This document shows, piece after piece, positions 33,038-44,401 of a stretch of DNA of 64,000 nucleotides. Source of the stretch: Macrostomum lignano (taxonomy: Eukaryota); assembly GCA_002269645.1 (NCBI GenBank), contig NIVC01001020.1, forward strand, positions 62,001 to 126,000, given 5' to 3'. Made by a program: the position numbers and the translations under genes. The number at the start of each line of letters is the position of its first letter. The stretch's first letter is position 1. Under the pieces are notes generated by a model. The model searched no databases, was not told the DNA's origin, and was given only the letters and a program-made list of their open reading frames with translations.

Positions 33038-36000
33038 AAAGGGGAAGGTGAGCCCGCGGACAGCAACGCCTACCTGTTGATTGATCGCGGCTCGGTGAGG
33101 AACAAGCTGGACTGCGCGCACAAATATTCGGGCCAGCGATTCTCCCGGATTCGGGTAGACATTGCCGACTTGCTGCTGCGGCCGCTGCTCCTTCCGCCTG
33201 CTGAGGGGCCGATGAAAACCGCAGTTGCTGGCAGTGCGACGTCAAGTAGAACACTTTCCACGATAGCAAAGACTTCGGTTCCCATAGCAACCATTGAGAA
33301 GAAGCCTGTTTCCATGGAAACCAAATCGTCTGATCCGGTAGCGTCAGTTTCCATCGACACAGAAACCTCGGTTTCCATAGCAACTATTAGCAAGTCGGTT
33401 TCTATAGAAAACAAACCGTCTGATCCGATAGCGTCTGTCAACGCAAAATCCGTTGCCATAGCAACTAAAACTTCAGCTACCACAGCAACCGTTGAAAGGA
33501 AACCAGTTTCCATAGAAGCCAAGCCGTCTAATCCTATAGCGTCTGTTGACACTGTGTCCGTTTCCATGGAAACAGAAAACTCTGCTCCCAAAGAAATCAT
33601 TGAGAAGAAGCCTGTATCTGTGGAAACTAAACCGTCTGACCCTTTGGCGTTTGTCAACGCGGATTCCGTTTCCATGAAAACTGAAACCTTGGTTTCCATA
33701 GAAACAAAACCATCTGACCCTGTATCATCTGTAGACACAGTGCCTGTTTCCATGGCAACCACTGACTCGGACCCAATAGCCTCCGCCGTTGGCAATCCTG
33801 TTTCGGAAACGCCCGCTTCTTCCAAGCAGAAAGGAGGAAAAAAGTTGGCTGCACCTGCCGTGACAACATCGGCCGCTGATGTTCGAGCGGCATCCAGGTG
33901 CGGAGTCACGGCCCTGGGCAAGCACCTGTGCGGAGCGGCCACGGATCTGGCACTGCGGTGTCTGGCGGGACTGGACTCTGATGCAGAAGACGGCAATAGC
34001 AGGTGATTGTCCTATTGAGCTCAGTGCATGTCGCTAAACTTCTTTGGTCACATTAGCAGTATAGAGGCTTAGGTATACTCAGCAACATTGAAAAGTCGCC
34101 ACTCTGTGCGCCAGTGAGCAATTTCTCTTGGAATATTCTGAAATAGAAGATACGAGAAAACTGATTGGGGTAGCTTTACTCCGTCCAACCCTCGGACACC
34201 GCTCCCCCACTTCATTCCTCAACTGGTCTGCCGTGGCGTAGCTGAGTTGGGTCACTCGCAAAAATTGAGAAACTTCACCTGCACTCTAAAAAGTGGCAAC
34301 CACAGAACTTTTAAAACACTTCTTTCCTTTTTTACCAGTGACTTTTTTTGCCTTTTTAATCAGTCGAAAGGCTCAGCCTATCGCATTCTCAAAAATTTTC
34401 TTTATTTTTCAAAGTCTAATAGTAATACTAATAATTGATTGCACCTGCTCTAATGGGCAGATGTGCAACCGACAGCTCAGCCGCAGCTATTGCGCGGCGC
34501 ATCTGAAGGCTGCGTACGGCTGTTCAGTCCAATTAAGGACTGGGGGGTCGCCACACACACCCTCAATTACCCCAGCTAATGCTGGCACCCATTTTACAGC
34601 TGGGTGAACTGAAGCAATGTAGAGGTTGCATGTCTTGCTCAAGGACACAAATTGTTCCCGAGTTGGGTCGAGGATCGAACCCCTTGACCTCCAAGTCGTG
34701 AGTCCGACGCTCTGACCACTGGGCTGCAACCCCTATGGTCCTTATACTTGAAGGTGTCAGTAATTTCTCATAAATTATATCATTTTTAATTGAGGAAACA
34801 TGTTGCTCTAGCCTTGCGCTGCAAAATTTGATGTTCAGCAAGCTCTCCTGGCCTGAGCATGCAAGCCGCTGGCTCACAGCTGTCATTCGTGCCTTCCACA
34901 CTGCAGAAGCCACGGCTGCAGCGATAGCAAACGGGCGCGCATTGCGGGCCAACTGGCTGAGGCCGACAGGTCCACAGGCGTCGGGCCTGTGGGCGGCGTG
35001 ATCGCGCTGTGCTGCCACCAACGCTGCCTCTGGTCCGCCTACGTTGGCAAGCGGCGAATGGCAAGTTTGGGCATCGGGCCGGAGGACTTCCACGCCATCA
35101 GCCGCATGGCGGGCTGGGCCACCTGCGCCAGCAAAGCGGCGCGGCTGAAGCGGAAGCCACAGGAAGACAGGTGTATTGTCGAGCTTTACCTTTTATTCAC
35201 TCTTGTCTAGTTTGCTATTTAAACTGATTGACACATCAAGCACGCCATAAAGTGAAACACCAAGCATATGAAGTAACACATGAAGCACATCATAGAGTAG
35301 CACATTAAGCATGGAGTGACGCACCAAGCACACCATGGAGTGACACACTAAGCACATCATGGAGTGACACACCAAGTGCATCATGGAGTGACACACCAAG
35401 CACATCATGGAGTGACACACCAGGAACATCATGGAGTTACACACCAAGCACATCATGGAGTGACACACCAGGAACATCATGGAGTGACACACCAAGCAAA
35501 TCATGGAGTGACACACCAAGCACATCATGGAGTGACACACCAGGAACATCATGGAGTTACACACCAAGCACATCATGGAGTGACACACCAAGCACATCAT
35601 GGAGTGACACACCAGGAACATCATGGAGTGACACACCAGGAACATCCTGGAGTGACACACCAGGAACATCATGAAGTGACACACCAAGCAAGTCATGGAG
35701 TGACACACCAAGCATATCATGGAGTGACACATCAGGAACATCATGGAGTGACACACCAAGCATATCATGGAGTGACACACCAAGCATATCATGGAGTGAC
35801 ACACCAAGCACATCATGGAGTGACACACCAAGCAAATCATAGAGTGACACACCAAGCACACCATGGAGTGACACACCAAGCACACCATGGAGTGACACAC
35901 CACTGCAACTCATCATTGCAGACGGGAGCTCATCGGTCTGAAGTGCAAGCGGCTTATTGACTCGGGCCGGGTGGCCTTCCTCACGGAGCAGCTGGGCTAC

Positions 36001-36078
36001 TCAGCCAGGCTCGTGCGCTATGCTAAGCGGTCAGACACGCCAGAGAACTGCGCCCTGCTCTTCTCCAGGGGCATCTGA
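33038..36078 (+). CDS. TRMT13: TRM13, 3' part (rest of interrupted exon plus 2 exons)
   Basis: 33038-34002, 34907-35170, 35922-36078. Motifs: YLLIDRG, RIRVDIADL, ALGKHLCGAATDLALRCL, IALCCHQRC, WATC, KCKRLIDSGR, PENCAL. In frame with the 5' part once the element and one TSD are removed. Confidence 0.9.
34417..34734 (-). mobile_element. tRNA-derived SINE with CORE-like central domain, in a TRMT13 intron
   Basis: Minus strand: A box (GCAGCCCAGTGGTCAGAGC), B box (GGTTCGATCC), GTGTCCTTGAGCAAGAC...CCCAGCTGTAAAATGGG, and an AT-rich tail. Confidence 0.8.
35300..35900. repeat. 24-nt minisatellite (CATCATGGAGTGACACACCAAGCA), TRMT13 last intron
   Basis: Visible. Confidence 0.9.
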
Positions 36079-36404
36079 GTTCTTAGTTGCAGCACTTCCT
36101 GAAAAAATCCAGTGACACGTGTCGCCTCCTTTAGCACAGCTCTAATAATTATTAAAAAGTTCAGAAATATTCGAGCATTTTTCTAGTGTACTACCGGCAT
36201 ATGCTACTAATTGTTCCGCCAATAAAATAGACCGTATTGTTATTGTTGGTTAAGCTATATTATAAATCGAGAGGATGGTTCGGAATGCGCGACACTATGC
36301 GGATGATTTATGAAATCCATGTTGTGCTCACTTTTTATTTAGCCGATTCTGTCTTATTTATTTCTGTTACATGTTTAGGTTGGGTAGTAATGGCTGTCTC
36401 AAAA

Positions 36405-36446
36405 TTTGTCTGTCGGTCTGCATGTCTGTCTGTATGTCTGTCTGCC

Positions 36447-36479
<33 letters not shown>

Positions 36480-36482
36480 TAG

Positions 36483-36563
<81 letters not shown>

Positions 36564-36566
36564 TAG

Positions 36567-36627
<61 letters not shown>

Positions 36628-36637
36628 GTCTGTCTAT

Positions 36638-36684
<47 letters not shown>

Positions 36685-36735
36685 CTGTCTGTCTGTCCGT
36701 CTGCCTGCCTGTCTGTCTGTCTGTCTGTCTGTCCT
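36405..36735. repeat. (TCTG)n microsatellite, intergenic
   Basis: Visible. Confidence 0.93.
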
Positions 36736-36865
36736 TCTTGTTGTGTGTCAGCCTATCCGCCCGTCCCTGTCGCACCAGATTTAAGTGCAAGCCAGCTGAG
36801 CATGTCATGCTATAGATAAACTCATTTCTCGTCAAGCTCAGACATTGGAAATTTCGCGACTGTTC

Positions 36866-39800
36866 ATGGAGGGATTCGACTTTGATTTCGACGAAAATGG
36901 GGGCTCTGGCGATGATGGAAGAGGCAGCTCAAACTCCGAGCGGGATGACTACCAGCCCCGGGTGCTGACTGAAGGTGTAAGTGCATCTTTAATTTATATC
37001 CTTATGTCTCTAGATCAGCTTCTGAACAGTAGCAAGGAAAGCATGCGAAACGAATTCTTTGGCAGCGTGTTCCAAGGTGATTTCGCACTGATGCGCTCGT
37101 AGTGGTAGTTTAACCGAGCTGTTGAGTAGAGATGGCCAGCTGTGGTTGCAGAATAAGAATTAACAAAACCCCTTCAGTATGTTTGTGCGTATATGTGTTC
37201 GTTTGGACCGCTGCAAAGTGCTGTAATATCACAATTTTATGCTTGAGCTCCAATCTTAAAATTTCACACAACGCTAAGAATGTAGCCAGGGAACGAAAAA
37301 GAGTGGCCTATCTTGGCGCCTTGTCAGATAAAATGGCACTCCCTCAGATAAAATGGCACTCCCTCAGATAAAATGGCACTCCCTCAGATAAAATGGCACT
37401 CCCTCAGATAAAATGGCGCTCTCTCAGATAAAATATCGCTCCCTCAGATAAAATGACACTCTCTCAGATAAAATGGCACTCTCTCAGATAAAATATCGCT
37501 CCCTCAGATAAAATGACACTCTCTCAGATAAAATGGCACTCCCTCAGATAAAATGGCACTCTCTCAGATAAAATGGCGCTCCCTCAGATAAAATGGCACT
37601 CTCTCAGATAAAATGGCGCTCCCTCAGATAAAATGGCGCTCTCTCAGATAAAGTGGCACTCCCTCAGATAAAGTGGCGCTTCTTCAGATAAAGTGGCGCT
37701 CCCTCAGATAAAGTTGCGCTTTCTCAGATAAAGTGGCGCTTCCTCAGATAAAGTGGCGCTTCCTCAGATAAAATAGTGCTTCTTCAGATAAAGTGGCGCT
37801 TCCTCAGATAAAGTGGCGCTCCCTCAGATAAAGTTGCGCTTTTTCAGATAAAATGGCGCTCCCTCATATACAATGGCGCTCCTTCAGATAAAATGGCGCT
37901 CCCTCACAAAATGGCGCCCTAAAGTGAAATGGCGCCCCTCGAATCGAGAAGCGCCCGACCCAAAAAAAGTCAGGGCCGCACCCGCATTCGCAGATTAAAT
38001 CGCTATAAATAACAGTGCCGCCAGATTGCCTGAATTTCGGCTACCCTCGGCTCCCCTACTCAACTCAGTGGTTCCGCGACTCCGATCAGCCGCAGCGCGA
38101 TGACGACCAGCGGCTGCTCGAGCTGAAGCTGCGCGCGGATCTGCTGTACTTCGAGGCGCGGTACGACAATGCGCTGGAAGACTATTTGACCGCGTTGGGT
38201 GCGTGCCGATGGGGATCTGAGAATCTGAGACAGAGCTGAGCACTGTCTTCTGTCCTCTTGTCTTCGTGTCTTCTTCGCCCTTATGAGCCCTACCCGACAT
38301 CTGAAGAATCCATGAATGTTCTGAAGAATCTCTGAATGTCCTGAAGAATCTCTGAATGTCCTGAAGAATCTCTGAATGTCCTGAAGAATCTCTGAATGTC
38401 CTGAAGAATCTCTGAATGTCCTGAAGAATCTCTGAATGTCCTGAAAAATCTCTGAATATCCTGAAGAATCTCTGAATGTCCTGAAGAATCTCTGAATGTC
38501 CTAAAGAATCTCTGAATGTCCTGAAGAATCTCTGAATGTCCTGAAGAATCTCTGAATGTCCTGAAGAATCTCTGAATATCCTGAAGAATCTCTGAATGTC
38601 CTGAAGAATCTCTGAATGTTCTGAAGAATCTCTGAGTGTCCTGAAGAATCTCTGAATGTCCTGAAGAATCTCTGAATGTCCTGAAGAATCCATGAATGTC
38701 CTGAAGATTGACAGCCTTCCTACACCGCCAGACCTGCTGCCCGCCAGCAACGCCATCGTGCGGCGAGACATCACCGAGGCCGTCGCCCGCTGCCAGGCCA
38801 TTCTGGGTCGGGGTCAGGAGGCTCTGCAGATTGCCAGGAAGCAGGTGAGTCAGGCTAGCGTGATATCCCTATAAGTCGCCCCTTAGCCACCCCACAAGAA
38901 TCGCCCCTCAGCCACCCCATCATAAGAATCGCCCCTCAGCCACCCCACAAGAATCGCCCCTCAGCCACCCCATAAGAATCGCCCCTCAGCCACCCCATAA
39001 GAATCGCCCCTCAGCCACCCCACAAGAATCGCCCCTCAGCCACCCCATAAGAATCGCCCCTCAGCCACCCCTCAAGAATCGCCCCTCAGCCAACCCATAA
39101 TAAACGCCCCTCAACCACCCTTCAAGAATCGCCCCTCAGCCACCCCATAAGAATCGCCCCTCAGCCACCCCATAAGAATCGCCCCTCAGCCACCCCATGA
39201 GAATCGCCCCTCAGCCACCCTATAAAAATCGCCCCTCAGCCACCCCATAAGAATCGCCCCTTAGCCACCCCATAAAAATCGCCCCTCAGCCACCCCATAA
39301 AAATCGCCCCTCAGCCACCCCATAAAAATCGCCCCTCAGCCACCCCATAAGAATCGCCCCTCAGCCACCCCACAAGAATCGCCCCTTAGCCACCCCATAA
39401 GAATCGCCCCTCAGCCACCCCAAAAAAATCGCCCCTCAGCCACCCCATAAGAATCGCCCCTCAGCCACCTCAACCCCCTCCCCTCCATCCCAGCTGGACG
39501 AGTGCAGCACGGACGATCAGTTCATGGCCGCCTACAACCTGCTGCTGGACATCTTCCTGCAGCCGGACATCGCCGCTCAGCACTCGGACAGCCACCGGCT
39601 CGCCCTGCAGAACTGCCTGCTGCTCAACCCGCTCTGCGACCGGCTCTGGCGGCGGCTGTCGCGGATCTACGCTGAGCTGGGCCGCTCGGACAGGCGGACC
39701 ACCTGTCTGCAGGCTGCTCAGTGAGTCTGGGGCTGGCTGGACCTGCTTACAGCCTCTTCTGTATTTTCCTAATTTACTGATTCATTATTGTAAACTATCG

Positions 39801-40465
39801 AAATTCTTATTGCTCCTAATGCCATGCTTCCAAGCTCCCTAACTGCCATGGTGTAAAGCCTCAAATTTAGAACCCCATCCCACCCTCAGATCCCCACCTC
39901 ACCCTCAGATCCCCATCCAATCCTCAGATCCCCATTCAATCCTCAGATCCCCATCCAATCCTCAGATCCCCATCCAATCCTCAGATCCCCATCTCACCCT
40001 CAGATCCCCATCCAATCCTCAGATCCCCATCTCACCCTCAATCCCCATCCAATCCCCAGATCCCGATCCCACCCTCAGATCCCCATCTCACCCCCAGATC
40101 CTCATCACATCCCCACACCCCCCCCCCAATATCTGAGATCCCTATTATCCCATGCTTGCCGTGTCGCCATCCCGAACTGCAGGCACATCACCACAGTCCT
40201 GGCCGTTCAGGAGAGCAACCTGAAGCTGCAGACCAGCCACGGCTCGGCGGGCAGCGATCAGAGAACGCCCATAGCTGGCAAGGCGATGTCGCTGATTAGT
40301 TTCCATGGCAACTATCGCAACCTGCCCTACTCTGGCCGGCTGTGGGAGCGGCTGAGTTACAAGCAGGCCAATGTCGGGTTTGATCGGAAGAGAATCGATT
40401 GCGGCGGCAACGAGGCTCTGTTTGACTCCATTTACTTCTCTGATTTGTCCCAGCCGAGCGCTTGA
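36866..40465 (+). CDS. C8orf76-like TPR-like protein, 5 exons
   Basis: Exons 36866-36976, 38069-38198, 38732-38844, 39494-39720, 40183-40465 join in frame. FDFD..Y.P..L.E.WF, KLRADLLY..RYDNALEDY, RRDITEAVARC and LLLNP..W resemble human C8orf76 as remembered. Confidence 0.7.
37325..37910. repeat. 20-nt minisatellite (CTCAGATAAAATGGCACTCC)
   Basis: Visible; intron 1 of the C8orf76-like gene. Confidence 0.9.
38300..38705. repeat. 20-nt minisatellite (CTGAAGAATCTCTGAATGTC)
   Basis: Visible; intron 2. Confidence 0.92.
38875..39470. repeat. About 20-nt minisatellite, same family as 14450-15175
   Basis: Visible; intron 3. Confidence 0.92.
39870..40100. repeat. 19-nt minisatellite (CCTCAGATCCCCATCCAAT)
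   Basis: Visible; intron 4. Confidence 0.85.
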
Positions 40466-40489
40466 CTTCAGCTATAAACTTATGTTGCT

Positions 40490-40820
40490 GGTTTCTAAAA
40501 ATAGCGACTTTAGGCCTTCCCCAAAATATCCAGGTTTCTAAAAATAGCAACTGTAGGCTTCTCCAAGATCCAGGTTTCTTAAAATAGCAACTGTAGGCTT
40601 CTCCAAAATCCAGGTTTCTAAAAATAGCAACTGTAGGCTTCTCCAAAATCCTGGTTTCTAAAAATAGCAACTGTAGGCTTCTCCAAAATCCAGGTTTCTA
40701 AAAATAGCAACTGTAGACTTCTCCAAGATCCAGGTTTCTAAAAATACAAACTATAGGCTTTCCCAAAATTTAGCTTTCTAAAGATAGCAATTATATACTT
40801 TTTCAAAATCCAAGCTTCTT
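40490..40820. repeat. 40-nt tandem repeat (GGTTTCTAAAAATAGCAACTGTAGGCTTCTCCAAAATCCA)
   Basis: Visible. Confidence 0.85.
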
Positions 40821-41040
40821 AAACTAGCTTGGTGTTTGTTTAGAATAAGCAGAATCGCCTTTGGTATGGATATTTATTTGCATTTTTGCGTGAAGTGTAA
40901 ATACATTTATCCTGATGTGCGTACTTCAATTATGCATGTCGCTGCATTTGGCTCTGCTACACGAATCAGTTTACAGTGTTGAGCGCTTTATTGATATTTT
41001 CTCTTTTAACTAACATTTACCCGGATGTCAACCCAGATAC

Positions 41041-41218
41041 CACACACACCCTCAATTACCCCAGCTAATGCTGGCACCCATTTTACAGCTGGGTAAACTA
41101 AAGCAATGCAGAGTTAAGTGTCTTGCTCAAGGACACAAATTGTTCCAATTGGGTTGTGAATCGAACTCCCGACCTTTCAGTCGTGAGTCTGATGCTCTGA
41201 CCACTAGGCTACAACTCC
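41041..41218 (-). mobile_element. Second, 3'-truncated copy of the CORE-like SINE
   Basis: Closely matches 34552-34734. Confidence 0.8.
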
Positions 41219-42334
41219 TAAAAAGAAGCGCCAAAAACTTTAGATGCCAAAGCTCAATGGGTAGATTCTTTGGCTCCGAGAGAGAATTCATGAAATTTCA
41301 AGGTTTATTGGGACTTGGAAGGATTGTTGAAATGATGTAGCTCGATCGTAGGGATTTTCTAAGATGTCAGGGCTCATGGGGGAATTGCTGAGATGCCTTA
41401 GGCTCATTGAAAAAATCGGTGAAATTCTGTGGCTCAGAGGGGAACTGCTGAATGTCAAAGATTCATGAGGCTCATGGGGGCTTTCTGAACTGCTGAGGCT
41501 CACCAGGGATTGCTCAGACGCATTGAGCCAAGGCTCACAGGATATGCTGATATCTCAGGCTAGATAGCTGCTTTTAGGGCTGATGCTTTTTTGCTTTAAA
41601 TAACAACCTTATAATTTTAACAGTTTAATGGCTGCAAATGTTCACTATAGTTCAAAACCTACATGTAGTTTCTTTTTAAAAATCTTTCCTCCCCAATTGG
41701 GGGGCGCAGATTGCTAGTCCACTATACTAAAAATGTTTATAGTACACTACAAGCTAAAATGGACAAAGCGGCCCCTTCTCGTATTGTTATTTCCAGTACG
41801 TTTCTCAGAACTCACCATGAGCTGGAGTGAGCAGGAATGTACACGCGCCAACTCTTTGAGGAACGATATACGCTTGTACAATAAGAGTACAGCCAAGGCC
41901 AGAGCAACATATAGCTGTGCAACTGAGAATCAAGTCTCTCCTCAAGGGTCCGGCAGTGTACAAATACCTTCACAACTGACGTGCGCAAGTCTCACCCACA
42001 GTTTTCTGTCTCAAAGTCTCTGCAAGCAATGCTGTGACCTGAAATACTTTTAATTGCGAATTAAGTCGGATTGATTCTTCATTGATCTCGGGGTTAATCG
42101 GTATTTTCAGGTAAGCTGAGAGCCATCGTTTTAACTCGTGGCCCAAACCATTGTTAAATACCGCAGTTTTTAATATCAAAAAAACTTGTCGATGAGCTTA
42201 AAGTACATGACGTTTTTTTTAACTCTGCTGTCAACTTAAATCTGTCATGTTCGAAAGAAGGGCATGAGGCGGCTTCATTTGGCCCGGGCTTGTGGGCACG
42301 AAAATTGGCTGAGGGAGTTCACCAAGAGAGCCAA

Positions 42335-42450
42335 CCACCAAGACACAGAGAGTGTACATGCCATTAAAAAGTCAGGGCCGCTTTGTACACCCTGTGTGAG
42401 CGGGTGCATGATTGGCGCCTGTGTACAGCATTGGCGCGTTTGCATGTGCT
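42335..42450 (+). repeat. Dispersed element copy D
   Basis: ACACAGAGAGTGTACATG...GTCAGGGCC...TGTACACCCTGTGTGAGCG...CAGCATTGGCGCGTTTGCATGTGC. Confidence 0.7.
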
Positions 42451-42589
42451 CAGGAGTCAGCGGAATTGGGGCAGAATTGCCGTCAGCGCTGGTTGCGAGA
42501 CCATGTCACCGAGGGCAGCCCCTCCTGTAGTCTCCTGTAGTTTAAGTGAGTCATGTCATATAGGAGCACATCTGCCAGCCTGCTAAAGA

Positions 42590-42800
42590 GGAGAGAAGAA
42601 GAGAGGAAAGGAAATTGGAGAGGAGAGGAGAGGAGAGGAGAGGAAAGGAGAGGAGAGGAGAGGAAAGGAGAGGAGAGGAAAGGAGAGGAGAGGAGAGGAA
42701 AGGAGAGGAGAGGAATGGGGAGGAGAGGAGAGGAGAGGAGAGGAAAGGAGAGGAGAGGAGAGGAGAGGAAAGCTGGAAAGGAGAGCTGAGAGGAAAGGAA
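42590..42800. repeat. Polypurine (GAGAG/GAAAG)n tract
   Basis: Visible; a similar tract lies at 46350-46570. Confidence 0.9.
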
Positions 42801-42892
42801 AGGGAGGGGCCGGGGGCGTGGCCCTCCTTTCTTGCGAATAATGATTCTACTTGGATTATGCATGGTATTCTGCAGATCAGCTGTCATCAAGG

Positions 42893-43538
42893 ATGTCGGC
42901 CTTTGCCGGACCTGCCGCTAAATCGCGCGAGGAGAAGCACGAGTCAACCCTGAAGCTGGTGCTGAGCAAACTGCTCCAGAATGCTGAGTTCGAGGAGCTC
43001 GCGCTGCACTGGTTCAAGCAGAGGAAGGTCTGAAGCTTTGAGAACTAGACTTATTGGTTTGTTTCAATTCGTTTGTTTGTGTCTGTATACTGCTGCACTT
43101 CTATAAGCCGCTAGTAAATGAAAACACTGCTTGATTTATGCATGCTCTAGATCTGGCTTCTTTTATATTAATAAACCAAATTACTGGATTAAACAATCAA
43201 ACAAGCCAGTCAAATAAACCAATCAATCAAATCAATCAACCCAGGCGGTGCACAATCGCGAGTGCCAGCGAGTCGATGACCGCTACGAGCGCATGGGCAT
43301 GGACTACCGCGAGGAGCAGACAGATGCCGACATCAAGACCTCCTTCGAGCGGCTGTCCGCTCTGTCGTCCGAGCCAGAGAAGCGTCAGGCTGTTGCCGAG
43401 CTGTGCGAGTGGCTGCGCTACCAGAGCATGCCGCCCAGGGTTCACCACCTGTACCCTGACGAGCTCAGAGCCGCTTGCCAGGCCGCTCACTTCAACAAGA
43501 TTGCCGACCTGGCAGACCTGATCAACGGCTTCTTTTAG
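42893..43538 (+). CDS. Uncharacterised 142-aa helical protein, 2 exons
   Basis: Exons 42893-43027 and 43245-43538 join in phase 0; codon usage resembles the neighbouring genes; no family recognised. Confidence 0.65.
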
Positions 43539-43799
43539 CTGGCGTTGCTTCCGTCATTCTTTGTTTAAGGCCAGTGTGTGATCTTACTTACCATTACTGT
43601 CAGGTGCCTACAGTGCATGCAGAAAATGCTACATCAACAGAAAAATATAAAATTAATCTTTTCTTCTCGTTTGTACGAGTTTTATTTTTTTAATACAGCT
43701 TTCAAACTTGTGAAAAATAAAACTTTTTCTTCAAAACTTTTCCATCAAGAAGGAAGTGCTTGGTTGCTGTGGTCAAAGTACGTATTTTGAGTCGGGTTT

Positions 43800-44230
43800 G
43801 ACCCTCAGTTTGAGCAAAGCATCTCCCAGATCCTCAGTTTGAGCAAAGCATCTCCTAGATCCTCAGTTTGAGCAATGCATCTCCCAGATCCTCAGTTTGA
43901 GCAAAGCATCTCCTAGATCCTCAGTTTGAGCAATGCATCTCCCAGATCCTCAGTTTGAGCAAAGCATCTCCCAGATCCTCAGTTTGAGCAAAGCATCTCC
44001 CAGATCCTCAGTTTGAGCAAAGCATCTCCCAGATCCTCAGTTTGAGCAAAGCATCTCCCAGATCCTCAGTTTGAGCAAAGCATCTCCCAGATCCTCAGTT
44101 TGAGCAAAGCATCTCCCAGATCCTCAGTTTGAGCAAAGCATCTCCCAGATCCTCAGTTTGAGCAAAGCATCTCCCAGATCCTCAGTTTGAGTTCAAAGCA
44201 TCTCCCAGATCCTCAGTTTGAGCAAAGCAT
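43800..44230. repeat. 29-nt minisatellite (CCTCAGTTTGAGCAAAGCATCTCCCAGAT)
   Basis: Visible. Confidence 0.92.
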
Positions 44231-44401
44231 GTGCCAGATTTTCAGTTTAAGCGAAAAATGAAGAGGAGCATCCTGCTGCACACCAAACGCGTTGATTTTC
44301 ATCACGAAGTCGTTCTGGATGATTTTAATTCCTTCTTTTGGCAAACAGAAAAATTTCACACCAACTATCACAGTCATTCGTGTTCGACGTAACTTTTGGT
44401 T

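Noticed and set aside
33070-33996. 308-aa antisense ORF over the TRMT13 repeat
   Set aside because: The palindromic X-box units keep the opposite strand open and give similar VSMET peptides; no independent coding evidence.
34640-34734. tRNA-like sequence on the minus strand
   Set aside because: No closed acceptor stem; it continues into a CORE-like domain, so it is a SINE head.
37325-37910. GATA plus YY1-like (AAAATGGCG) motifs in the 20-nt array
   Set aside because: Only some units keep the YY1 core, and short-motif matches in a minisatellite are weak evidence.
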